Assembly (NCBI GenBank): GCA_964016885.1
Contig: OZ024746.1
Span: forward strand, 4,898,001-4,962,000
Direction: 5' to 3'
Origin: Eledone cirrhosa
Lineage: Eukaryota
Length of the DNA: 64,000 nucleotides
Below are positions 1 to 13,090 of the stretch, piece after piece (within the stretch, counting starts at the first letter, position 1; each line of letters begins with the position of its first letter). Made by a program: the position numbers and the translations under genes. The notes beneath the pieces are model-generated. The model saw nothing but the letters and a program-made list of their open reading frames with translations, did no database searches and had not been told where the DNA came from.

Positions 1-2432
1 AATTGCTGTGGGCATTTGTCTGACATTATGACTCTCAGAACTTAAAAACTCTACTATTTACGTCATAGTTATTAGGTATCTACCATGTTGAATTTTTGAT
101 CATTTTTTAGGCTCATAATTTTAAAATCCAAGGAGAACTTTTAATTCCAAGTAATCATAATTAATTAATTAATTCTTGATTACGTCATTCTACATCAAAT
201 AGCTAGGCAAGCACATTATCAATATTTATAATTAACATAATTAATTGCTTAAGAGTATTTTGATTAACATTACATTGTGAAAAATATACAGATGTTGTTG
301 TAAGTAAGGTTTCTCAGATTTACAATGCAATAAAAAACACCCAGTCCACCCTGTTAGGTGGCAGTACCAGAGTCATGATAAAATGCTAGTGGTACATACT
401 GTAACATGGTTGAAATTAGGAATAGAATTGAACTGTAGAAACCAAGTAAAAAATGGAGTGTATGAGCAAGACATAATAACCTGACCAGTCCTGCTTCAGT
501 ATGTGATAACATGTCTAACCCATGCTAGCATGGAAAATAGACGTTAAATGATGATGGCAGTGGTCCTCCATCACTTTTAAAGATGATCTCAACTGTAAGT
601 CTGACTCGTTAAATTAACATATAAGTAGCTGAGTATTTTACTGACATGTGTACACTGAATGTCAGTCCAAAGACAAGTCTAGACCTTTGAATTACAGATA
701 TAATCCATCTCATGAGCTTCCACAAAGCTCCCGTCTACCAAATTTCTCTCACAAGACACTTACCCAGTATGTCACACAATGGGATCAAATGCAGAAGCTC
801 ATGATTACAAAGAAAACTCCTTAACCACTCAGCCATATCTGCATCCCCCACAATACATATACTCTCGGGTCTCAAATATCCCCCCCCCCCCCCAAATTAA
901 ATTTTACTAATCAATCTCCAGTAAAATTTTATTTTAAGTGGTAGCATTCCTGTGACAATTTTCTCTATATTACTCTTATCAATAACCATTTCCTATATTT
1001 CACATCATCTCTGACTATATAGTACCCCACAACATATGCTATATCTGTTTATAATATCTAAATTGTTGGTACTTTTAGGTCCCAGTACTTCGGGTCTTGT
1101 TACCTAATTTTTTAATGATATTTTGTTTTTTTACTACTTTAACTAAGTATAATTTATACACTTCATTGAGAGGTCATATACAGGAGTTCAGATTCCTGTC
1201 TAGCAGAGATAATTTTCCTCTGGGGTTAGGATATGCTTATGAGAAACACAACCTTCAGCCTGAAGGATGCATGGTAGAATTTTGAGACTTATTTTAAGAA
1301 AAAAATAGCATCTTCGACACTGGGAAATACGGTAATATATTTTTTTCTATAAACTTTTCAATACCAAACCACTTGAATCCCCACTACTTTTACAATATTA
1401 AGCTGCTTATTTTAAAGTGTTTGTTCTTATTTAAAAACCTTTCATCATAATTTTATGTAAGAACCTTTGTTAATGATAAAATTAGTTATATTACTAAGTC
1501 TTTCCAAATTTTTTATTATTTTCAAAATGTTTTGAAAATTATAGGCAGTGCATTTATTCTGAAATATGTCAATGAAAGGATTAAATATATATTGGCTGCT
1601 GGACCTGCCTGGTACCATTTAAAATCACATTCTCTTTCATCATCATCATCATTACCATTTTACGTCCGTTCATCCACGTTAGCATGGGTTAGACAGGTTG
1701 TCCTGTTGTGGGCAGTGTCCAGTCGGCTGACCTTGTCTTGCTCATACGGGAACCGATTCTGGCTTGATTTCTACTGCTGGATGCCCTTCCTAACACCAAC
1801 CTCATTTACAGTGAGTGCTGGGTGCTTTTTTTTCCGTGGCGCCTACACGTCCACTTTACAGTGTGGACTGGGTGCTTTTTTGCCATGGCACCACCACGAC
1901 CACTTTGCAGTGGGAGGGGGTGGGGGCATATTGTCTATATGCTTCAGCTTCGGCTTGTACCCGTGGGGGGTCGGGTCTTCTGTATTATTGCATGACGCCA
2001 GAGGTCATGGTCCTGCGGCATTGCCCTTGAGAGGTGCTATTAGGTAAGGTCGGCTTTTATCACCTCATCCCAGGTCTTCTTGGGTCTCCACAGCTTAATC
2101 AATAAAATTCAATGGGTCAGATTAATATACAACTTTTCATTGGAATCTGTCTAAACTTCAACCCTTTTCTTTTTCGTTTTCTTTTTTCTGTTGCCGCACT
2201 GGAACATTGTTTTTCTCTTTCTCTATTTAGATATTTCCATTTGTCTGCTATGGATAAAGTTTACTCATCAGTATACAAATAATATTCATATAATATCTCA
2301 CGTAATATGGAAATATTAATTAAATTAATTGTTTTTCTTTTTCTTCTTCTTTTCAGAAATAATACATCTTGTAAATACATTTAAATGTTTGCCTTTAATA
2401 AGCATCTGGCCTGAGTATTATCAGAAATTATC

Positions 2433-2536
2433 TGGGGTGGGGATTGGTTGTATGGTGGGGTGGGGATTGGTGTATGGTGGGGTGGGGATTGGTTTATGGT
2501 GGGGTGGGGATTGGTTGTATGGTGGGGTGGGGATTT
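2433..2536. repeat. G-rich tandem repeat of about 22-23 bp
   Basis: tggggtggggattggttgtatgg, about 4.5 copies. Confidence 0.88.
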
Positions 2537-2732
2537 AGCTTAAAAGAATGATTTCCTTTCCATATCGATTTAGTTTTATGTAATGTCGTTTGTTTATATT
2601 TCATTACTAACTAGAATTATATTTTATAATGAGTTAATTGGAAGTTAATGAAGTGAGTTAGTAGAAGGTAGTGTGAGAAAGAGGCTCAATTGATGGGAAA
2701 CAACCATCATATATAACCTTTCTCTGAGTAGA

Positions 2733-2970
2733 ATCATCATCATCATTGTTGTCATTATCATCACCACCATCACCATCACCACCACCACTATTATCACCAC
2801 CACCACCATCACCACTATTATCATCATCACCATCACCACCACCACCATTATCACCACCATCATCATCATCATCACCACTATTATCACCATCACTATCACC
2901 ACCACCACCACCACTATTATCACCAACATCATCATCACCATATTCATCACCACCACCATCATCATCATCT
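2733..2970. repeat. (CAT/CAC)n trinucleotide low-complexity repeat
   Basis: Direct reading. Confidence 0.93.
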
Positions 2971-3897
2971 ATATAGATTTTTCCTGGTGCTGCTATGGAA
3001 TGTATGGGTTGCAGATTGAGAATCATTAGTTAATTATAGCTACTATCCTGCTAAACAGGTAGGGGAGCTACATGCCCCTTAATATATACCAAAATAACTT
3101 AGCAATTCAGGAAGAAGATTAAAAATTCACGTACCTCTGACATGTGACAAATGTGTGAGGAAAAGGATAGTTTTTATGTACATACCTATACATTTTTCCA
3201 TGCTTACATGTGCTGGACATTTTGAGGCAGGTTTTCTTTGACTGGTCGTTGTTCCTGCCAACCAAAACTTGTTTTTTAAAGCATTGTATATGTATACCAG
3301 TGACATCCATTGAATTATGCTGCATGACATATTATTTATGGTGGACAGAAGCATGTTTTATATATGGCATTAATATGATGGTTTGGGTGACTTGCACACT
3401 CTAAAGTCTTTTGCAAGTCACGAGGCTCATCAGGCTGGTTCTTGTCACAGTTTCGTGGCATGAAACAACTAAGAGTACAAGACTCCTCCTGGACAGAACA
3501 CCAGTCAATCACAAGGTTAAACCCCCAGCTATAGCTGGTACTCAATTTCAGCTGAGTATACTAGAGTAACGTGAAATGAAGTGTTTTGCTCAAGAACATA
3601 ACACACATCCCAGCCCAGGAATTGCACTCACAACATTATGATTGTTAGTCCAACACCCTTACCACTAGGCCACGCGCTTTCATATGACTTGCATATACAC
3701 ATACATATTCATATCATACATATACATACATCATTATCATCAGTTAACGTCCATTTTCTTTGCTTCTAGGATTGGTTGTGTTGTCTCAGGCTCAATCAAT
3801 ACTTAATTGGGTCCATTAATCTCTCAGATAGGTTGGGGGTCGCATCTTGCTTACTTATATTGCCCTACTCTACAGAGAACATTGTGCATTTTATCAT

Positions 3898-6800
3898 CAC
3901 AAGGGAGATTGTCATGTCTTTGACACAACTGATGTCATGGCACCAGCACAAGGGAGATTGTCATGTCTTTGACACAACTGAAGTCATGGCACCAACATTA
4001 GGAAGATTGTCATGTCTTTGACACAACTGATGTCATGGCACCAGCACAAGGGAGATTGTCATGTCTTTGACACAACTGAAGTAATGGCACCAACATTAGG
4101 GAGATTGTCATGTCTTTGACACAACTGATGTCATGGCACCAGCACAAGGGAGATTGTCATGTCTTTGACACAACTGATGTCATGGCACCAACATTAGGGA
4201 GATTGTCATGTCTTTGACACAACTGATGTCATGGAACCAGCACAAGGGAGATTGTCATGTCTTTGACACAACTGATGTCATGGCACCAGCACAAGGGAGA
4301 TTGTCATGTCTTTGACACAACTGAAGTCATGGCACCAACATTAGGGAGATTGTCATGTCTTTGACACAACTGATGTCATGGCACCAGCACAAGGGAGATT
4401 GTCATGTCTTTGACACAACTGAAGTCATGGCACCAACATTAGGAAGATTGTCATGTCTTTAACACAACTGAAGTCATGGCACCAGCACAAGGGAGATTGT
4501 CATGTCTTTGACACAACTGAAGTCATGGCACCAACATTAGGGAGATTGTCATGTCTTTGACACAACTGATGTCATGGCACCAGCACAAGGGAGAATGTCA
4601 TGTCTTTGACACAACTGATGTCATGGCACCAGCACAAGGGAGATTGTCATGTCTTTGACACAACTGAAGTCATGGCACCAACATTAGGAAGATTGTCATG
4701 TCTTTAACACAACTGAAGTCATGGCACCAACATTAGGGAGACTGTCATGTCTTTGACACAACTGATGTCATGGCACCAGCACAAGGGAGATTGTCATGTC
4801 TTTGACACAACTGAAGTCATGGCACCAACATTAGGGAGATTGTCATGTCTTTAACACAACTGAAGTCATGGCACCAGCACAAGGGAGATTGTCATGTCTT
4901 TGACACAACTGAAGTCATGGCACCAACATTAGGGAGATTGTCATGTCTTTAACACAACTGAAGTCATGGCACCAGCACAAGGGAGATTGTCATGTCTTTG
5001 ACACAACTGAAGTCATGGCACCAACATTAGGGAGATTGTCATGTCTTTGACACAACTGATGTCATGGCACCAACATTAGGGAGATTGTCATGTCTTTGAC
5101 ACAACTGATGTCATGGCACCAACATTAGGGAGATTGTCATGTCTTTGACACAACTGATGTCATGGCACCAACATTAGGGAGATTGTCATGTCTTTGACAC
5201 AACTGAAGTCATGGCACCAGCACAAGGGAGATTGTCGTGTCTTTGACACAACTGATGTCATGGCACCAGCACAAGGGAGATTGTCATGTCTTTAACACAA
5301 CTGAAGTCATGGCACCAGCACAAGGGAGATTGTCATGTCTTTGACACAACTGAAGTCATGGCACCAACATTAGGGAGATTGTCATGTCTTTGACACAACT
5401 GAAGTCATGGCACCAGCACAAGGGAGATTGTCATGTCTTTGACACAACTGAAGTCATGGCACCAACATTAGGGAGATTGTCATGTCTTTAACACAACTGA
5501 AGTCATGGCACCAGCACAAGGGAGATTGTCATGTCTTTGACACAACTGAAGTCATGGCACCAACATTAGGTAGATTGTCATGTCTTTAACACAACTGAAG
5601 TCATGGCACCAGCACAAGGGAGATTGTCATGTCTTTGACACAACTGAAGTCATGGCACCAACATTAGGGAGATTGTCATGTCTTTGACACAACTGATGTC
5701 ATGGCACCAACATTAGGGAGATTGTCATGTCTTTGACACAACTGATGTCATGGCACCAACATTAGGGAGATTGTCATGTCTTTGACACAACTGAAGTCAT
5801 GGCACCAGCACAAGGGAGATTGTCGTGTCTTTGACACAACTGATGTCATGGCACCAGCACAAGGGAGATTGTCATGTCTTTAACACAACTGAAGTCATGG
5901 CACCAGCACAAGGGAGATTGTCGTGTCTTTGACACAACTGATGTCATGGCACCAACATTAGGGAGATTGTCATGTCTTTAACACAACTGAAGTCATGGCA
6001 CCAGCACAAGGGAGATTGTCATGTCTTTGACACAACTGATGTCATGGCACCAGCACAAGGGAGATTGTCATGTCTTTGACACAACTGATGTCATGGCACC
6101 AACATTAGGGAGATTATCATGTCTTTAACACAACTGAAGTCATGGCACCAGCACAAGGGAGATTGTCATGTCTTTGACACAACTGATGTCATGGCACCAA
6201 CATTAGGGAGATTGTCATGTCTTTAACACAACTGAAGTCATGGCACCAGCACAAGGGAGATTGTCATGTCTTTGACACAACTGAAGTCATGGCACCAGCA
6301 CAAGGGAGATTGTCATGTCTTTGACACAACTGATGTCATGGCACAACATTAGGGAGATTGTCATGTCTTTGACACAACTGATGTCATGGCACCAACATTA
6401 GGCAGATTGTCATGTCTTTGACACAACTGATGTCATGGCACCAACATTAGGGAGATTGTCATGTCTTTGACACAACTGATGCCATGGCACCAACATTAGG
6501 GAGATTGTCATGTCTTTGACACAACTGATGTCATGGCACCAACATTAGGGAGATTGTCATGTCTTTGACACAACTGAAGTAATGGCACCAACATTAGGGA
6601 GATTGTCATGTCTTTGACACAACTGAAGTTATGGCACCAACATTAGGGAGATTGTCATGTCTTTGACACAACTGATGTCATGGCACCAACATTAGGGAGA
6701 TTGTCATGTCTTTGACACAACTGATGTCATGGCACCAACATTAGGGAGATTGTCATGTCTTTAACACAACTGAAGTCATGGCACCAGCACAAGGGAGATT

Positions 6801-9276
6801 GTCATGTCTTTGACACAACTGATGTCATGGCACCAACATTAGGGAGATTGTCATGTCTTTGACACAACTGATGTCTTTGACACAACTGATGTCTTTGACA
6901 CAACTGATGTCATGGCACCAACATTAGGGAGATTGTCATGTCTTTGACACAACTGATGTCATGGCACCAACATTAGGGTGATTGTCATGTCTTTGACACA
7001 ACTGATGTCATGGCACCAACATTAGGGAGATTGTCATGTCTTTAACACAACTGAAGTCATGGCACCAGCACAAGGGAGATTGTCATGTCTTTGACACAAC
7101 TGAAGTCATGGCACCAACATTAGGTAGATTGTCATGTCTTTAACACAACTGAAGTCATGGCACCAGCACAAGGGAGATTGTCATGTCTTTGACACAACTG
7201 AAGTCATGGCACCAACATTAGGGAGATTGTCATGTCTTTGACACAACTGATGTCATGGCACCAACATTAGGGAGATTGTCATGTCTTTGACACAACTGAT
7301 GTCATGGCACCAACATTAGGGAGATTGTCATGTCTTTGACACAACTGATGTCATGGCACCAACATTAGGGAGATTGTCATGTCTTTGACACAACTGAAGT
7401 CATGGCACCAGCACAAGGGAGATTGTCGTGTCTTTGACACAACTGATGTCATGGCACCAGCACAAGGGAGATTGTCATGTCTTTAACACAACTGAAGTCA
7501 TGGCACCAGCACAAGGGAGATTGTCATGTCTTTGACACAACTGATGTCATGGCACCAACATTAGGGAGATTGTCATGTCTTTAACACAACTGAAGTCATG
7601 GCACCAGCACAAGGGAGATTGTCGTGTCTTTGACACAACTGATGTCATGGCACCAACATTAGGGAGATTGTCATGTCTTTAACACAACTGAAGTCATGGC
7701 ACCAGCACAAGGGAGATTGTCATGTCTTTGACACAACTGATGTCATGGCACCAGCACAAGGGAGATTGTCATGTCTTTGACACAACTGATGTCATGGCAC
7801 CAACATTAGGGAGATTATCATGTCTTTAACACAACTGAAGTCATGGCACCAGCACAAGGGAGATTGTCATGTCTTTGACACAACTGATGTCATGGCACCA
7901 ACATTAGGGAGATTGTCATGTCTTTAACACAACTGAAGTCATGGCACCAGCACAAGGGAGATTGTCATGTCTTTGACACAACTGAAGTCATGGCACCAGC
8001 ACAAGGGAGATTGTCATGTCTTTGACACAACTGATGTCATGGCACAACATTAGGGAGATTGTCATGTCTTTGACACAACTGATGTCATGGCACCAACATT
8101 AGGCAGATTGTCATGTCTTTGACACAACTGATGTCATGGCACCAACATTAGGGAGATTGTCATGTCTTTGACACAACTGATGTCATGGCACCAACATTAG
8201 GGAGATTGTCATGTCTTTGACACAACTGATGTCATGGCACCAACATTAGGGAGATTGTCATGTCTTTGACACAACTGAAGTAATGGCACCAACATTAGGG
8301 AGATTGTCATGTCTTTGACACAACTGAAGTTATGGCACCAACATTAGGGAGATTGTCATGTCTTTGACACAACTGATGTCATGGCACCAACATTAGGGAG
8401 ATTGTCATGTCTTTGACACAACTGATGTCATGGCACCAACATTAGGGAGATTGTCATGTCTTTAACACAACTGAAGTCATGGCACCAGCACAAGGGAGAT
8501 TGTCATGTCTTTGACACAACTGATGTCATGGCACCAACATTAGGGAGATTGTCATGTCTTTGACACAACTGATGTCTTTGACACAACTGATGTCATGGCA
8601 CCAACATTAGGGAGATTGTCATGTCTTTGACACAATTGATGTCATGGCACCAACATTAGGGTGATTGTCATGTCTTTGACACAACTGATGTCATGGCACC
8701 AACATTAGGGAGATTGTCATGTCTTTAACACAACTGAAGTCATGGCACCAGCACAAGGGAGATTGTCATGTCTTTGACACAACTGATGTCATGGCACCAA
8801 CATTAGGGAGATTGTCATGTCTTTGACACAACTGATGTCATGGCACCAACATTAGGGAGATTGTCATGTCTTTAACACAACTGAAGTCATGGCACCAACA
8901 TTAGGGAGATTGTCATGTCTTTGACACAACTGATGTCATGGCACCAACATTAGGGAGATTGTCATGTCTTTAACACAACTGAAGTCATGGCACCAGCACA
9001 AGGGAGATTGTCATGTCTTTGACACAACTGATGTCATGGCACCAACATTAGGGAGATTGTCATGTCTTTGACACAACTGATGTCATGGCACCAACATTAG
9101 GGAGATTGTCATGTCTTTGACACAACTGATGTCATGGCACCAACATTAGGGAGATTGTCATGTCTTTGACACAACTGGTGTCATGGCACCAGCACAAGGG
9201 AGATTGTCATGTCTTTGACACAACTGGTGTCATGGCACCAGCACAAGGGAGATTGTCATGTCTTTGACACAACTAA
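3898..9276. repeat. 49-bp satellite array, about 110 copies
   Basis: Unit agggagattgtcatgtctttgacacaactga(a/t)gtcatggcacca(gcaca/acatt); period confirmed (3902 to 3951). Confidence 0.98.
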
Positions 9277-10188
9277 AGTATTCCTGAGAGAGTTGTGGGG
9301 CAGAGTCCTCAAACACAGTGCATCCTGTCAGAAGCAACCATCTTCAATAAGCTCATGGATAATACAACACGCAAGCTGCTGTGTGTAACTATTTATTTCT
9401 TCAAAGTATGAAAATAAATTAGAACATTCTAAAAATGACCATGTTTCTAATGAAATACAGACTATTTCTATTAATTAAGGAAGAATTTTGAGGGATTATT
9501 AATTATTTCATTATTAAGATAACTTAATGTTGGAAGATTTTAATTTAAATTGAAAACCTTTAAAAGAAGTGGTTTTATTTCATAGAACCAGAGCTGGTTT
9601 TGGCCAGGTTGGTAACTAAAGGGTTAACTATGGGTGGTTTAGTACCAAAAGTGTTAATCTGAACATAATTACATCAATTTTATGAATCAGGGATGGCCTA
9701 CAAAAAACAAGGGTACTGCCATTTGACTAATTAATATAAAGATACATACTTAAATATAAAGATAGTTTCAGAGAAATTAAAATCCTTTCTTTTACAGCGT
9801 TTAAGGATTAATGTTCTTTGGGAATTCTAAACAGTTTAAGTACTACATGATAATTGCTTGATTTATGAAACCTCTAGTACTTGGATTAGATATTCTCCTG
9901 TTGGAGAATGGTCACACTTCATCATTTAAACATGTTATTATATTAGTTTATTTATATCATGTGGTTTTAACTTTTTTTTTATCCAAAACCTTCTGAAATA
10001 GCTCCTGGTTTTATGTAAGAACTTCTTGTTAAGTAATGTTCCAAACATATGAAAAACAATTAAGCTGTATTAATGAATTCTTCCAAACTCTTCAATATTT
10101 CCAAAATAAAATGTTACACATGGGTTAGGTTTATCATCAGTAATAATAATAATTGTTTCTACTTTTGGCACAAGGCCAGCAATTAACT

Positions 10189-13090
10189 CAGTACATTACT
10201 GGTACTTTATTTTATCGACCCTATAAGGATGAAAGGCAAAGTTAACCTCAGCGGGTTTTGAGCTCAGACCATAAAAGACTGTAACTCTTTGCTGCAAAGC
10301 ATGGCGTCCAACCCTCTACCGATACTGCCAATCCAAATATGGTAATAATTGTTTCTACTTTTGGCACAAGGCCAGCAATTATCCCAGTGCATTACTGGTA
10401 CTTTATTTTATCGACCCCGTAAGGATGAAAGGTAAAGTTAACCTCGACAGGATTTGAACTCCGACCATAAAGAGCCGTAACTATGCTAGAAATCATGGCG
10501 TCCAACCCTCTACCTATACTGCCAAATGGTAATAATAGAGTTAAATTTATGTTAATAACATACTGAGAATTTCCTCCTCCTTCCCTCCCAAGTATTCTAA
10601 GTATACTTTAAAAAAGGAATAAAAGAATCTAAAACAATTCTGAAAGAACAAACCAACCAATGAGGGCTTTGCTTCTTAAATCCTGTTACATTTCTTGTCA
10701 TGTATTATACAAATGAAACAAGTTGTCTGTCTTTCTGTCTTTTAACCATTTTAATACCAACTCAGACAAACCAGTTCTGATTCTGTGAAATAAAAACTAC
10801 TTTTTTTTAAATGTTCTTATTTAAATTATAGAACATTGCAACATAATTATATATAAGAACCCTTAGCCCTTTCATGACCTCATTTCTAATGAATTACACA
10901 CTATTTTCTGCCAATCCACTGCCCCTTGCATAATAATAATTGTTTCTACTTTTGGCACAAGGCCAGCAATTACCCCAGTACATTACTGGTTCTTTATTTT
11001 ATCGACCCTGTAAGGATGAAAGGCAAAGTTAACCTCAGCGGGATTTGAACTCAGATCATAAAGAGACGTAACTCTATGCTCCAAAGCATGGCATCCAACC
11101 CATACAAGCATGGAAAAACGGATGTAAAAGCGATGATGATGTATTTTATTAGAAGTATTGTAAAGTCTGCAAAAACAATAATAAACCAAATTTTAACAGC
11201 AGAATGATTTTGAAACTTAGCTGCCATTCATCTGTAATCTGAAGCATACGGGCTTTCATTTCTAGAAATTCTTTATTTATTTTTTTACTACCGAATCATT
11301 GTAATTAAAATGAGGGTGTTATAGTTTTGATTTCCAACAGTAACTGTAGTTGTCCTGTTTATGTGTCATTTCAAAGATTTTATTTATTTATTTATTGTTG
11401 AGGACATATAAAGTGAAGTGGCATTTATTTATATTGTTAGTGAAGTGAAGTCATTTGTACTTGGGATGACGGTATATGTTTATATATCCGGGATCTTTCA
11501 CCTAAGTGTGTCTCTTGTCTACCGTTTTATTTAATTGCATCCTCTTCTATTAATGTTTATATCAGATATGAACCCTTCCCAGAAATTAATATAATAATAA
11601 TAATTGTTTCTACTTTTGGCACAAGGCCAGCAATTATCCCAGTACATTACTGGTACTTTATTTTATCGACCCTATAAGGATGAAAGGCAAAGTTAACCTC
11701 AGCGGGTTTTGAGCTCAGACCATAAAAGACTGTAACTCTTTGCTGCAAAGCATGGCGTCCAACCCTCTACCGATACTGCCAATCCAAATATGGTAATAAT
11801 TGTTTCTACTTTTGGCACAAGGCCAGCAATTATCCCAGTGCATTACTGGTACTTTATTTTATCGACCCCGTAAGGATGAAAGGTAAAGTTAACCTCGACA
11901 GGATTTGAACTCCGACCATAAAGAGCCGTAACTATGCTAGAAATCATGGCGTCCAACCCTCTACCTATACTGCCAAATGGTAATAATAGAGTTAAATTTA
12001 TGTTAATAACATACTGAGAATTTCCTCCTCCTTCCCTCCCAAGTATTCTAAGTATACTTTAAAAAAGGAATAAAAGAATCTAAAACAATTCTGAAAGAAC
12101 AAACCAACCAATGAGGGCTTTGCTTCTTAAATCCTGTTACATTTCTTGTCATGTATTATACAAATGAAACAAGTTGTCTGTCTTTCTGTCTTTTAACCAT
12201 TTTAATACCAACTCAGACAAACCAGTTCTGATTCTGTGAAATAAAAACTACTTTTTTTTAAATGTTCTTATTTAAATTATAGAACATTGCAACATAATTA
12301 TATATAAGAACCCTTAGCCCTTTCATGACCTCATTTCTAATGAATTACACACTATTTTCTGCCAATCCACTGCCCCTTGCATAATAATAATTGTTTCTAC
12401 TTTTGGCACAAGGCCAGCAATTACCCCAGTACATTACTGGTTCTTTATTTTATCGACCCTGTAAGGATGAAAGGCAAAGTTAACCTCAGCGGGATTTGAA
12501 CTCAGATCATAAAGAGACGTAACTCTATGCTCCAAAGCATGGCATCCAACCCATACAAGCATGGAAAAACGGATGTAAAAGCGATGATGATGTATTTTAT
12601 TAGAAGTATTGTAAAGTCTGCAAAAACAATAATAAACCAAATTTTAACAGCAGAATGATTTTGAAACTTAGCTGCCATTCATCTGTAATCTGAAGCATAC
12701 GGGCTTTCATTTCTAGAAATTCTTTATTTATTTTTTTACTACCGAATCATTGTAATTAAAATGAGGGTGTTATAGTTTTGATTTCCAACAGTAACTGTAG
12801 TTGTCCTGTTTATGTGTCATTTCAAAGATTTTATTTATTTATTTATTGTTGAGGACATATAAAGTGAAGTGGCATTTATTTATATTGTTAGTGAAGTGAA
12901 GTCATTTGTACTTGGGATGACGGTATATGTTTATATATCCGGGATCTTTCACCTAAGTGTGTCTCTTGTCTACCGTTTTATTTAATTGCATCCTCTTCTA
13001 TTAATGTTTATATCAGATATGAACCCTTCCCAGAAATTAATATAATAATAATAATTGTTTCTACTTTTGGCACAAGGCCAGCAATTATCC
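10189..13090. repeat. 1451-bp direct tandem duplication
   Basis: 10189-11639 matches 11640-13090; identical ORF-track peptides at 10983 and 12434 (offset 1451). Confidence 0.95.

Noticed and set aside
2645-3026. Gly/Asp-rich and Ser/Pro-rich ORFs
   Set aside because: Translations of the (CAT/CAC)n repeat; likewise 40492-40876.
2977-3057. Possible small + strand exon (tag|IFPGAAMECMGCRLRIISNYSYYPAKQ|gtaggg)
   Set aside because: No recognisable homology, no pyrimidine tract, weak donor and no partner exons found.
3898-9276. CRISPR-like array
   Set aside because: Head-to-tail monomers with no unique spacers, no cas genes and a eukaryotic intron-containing context.
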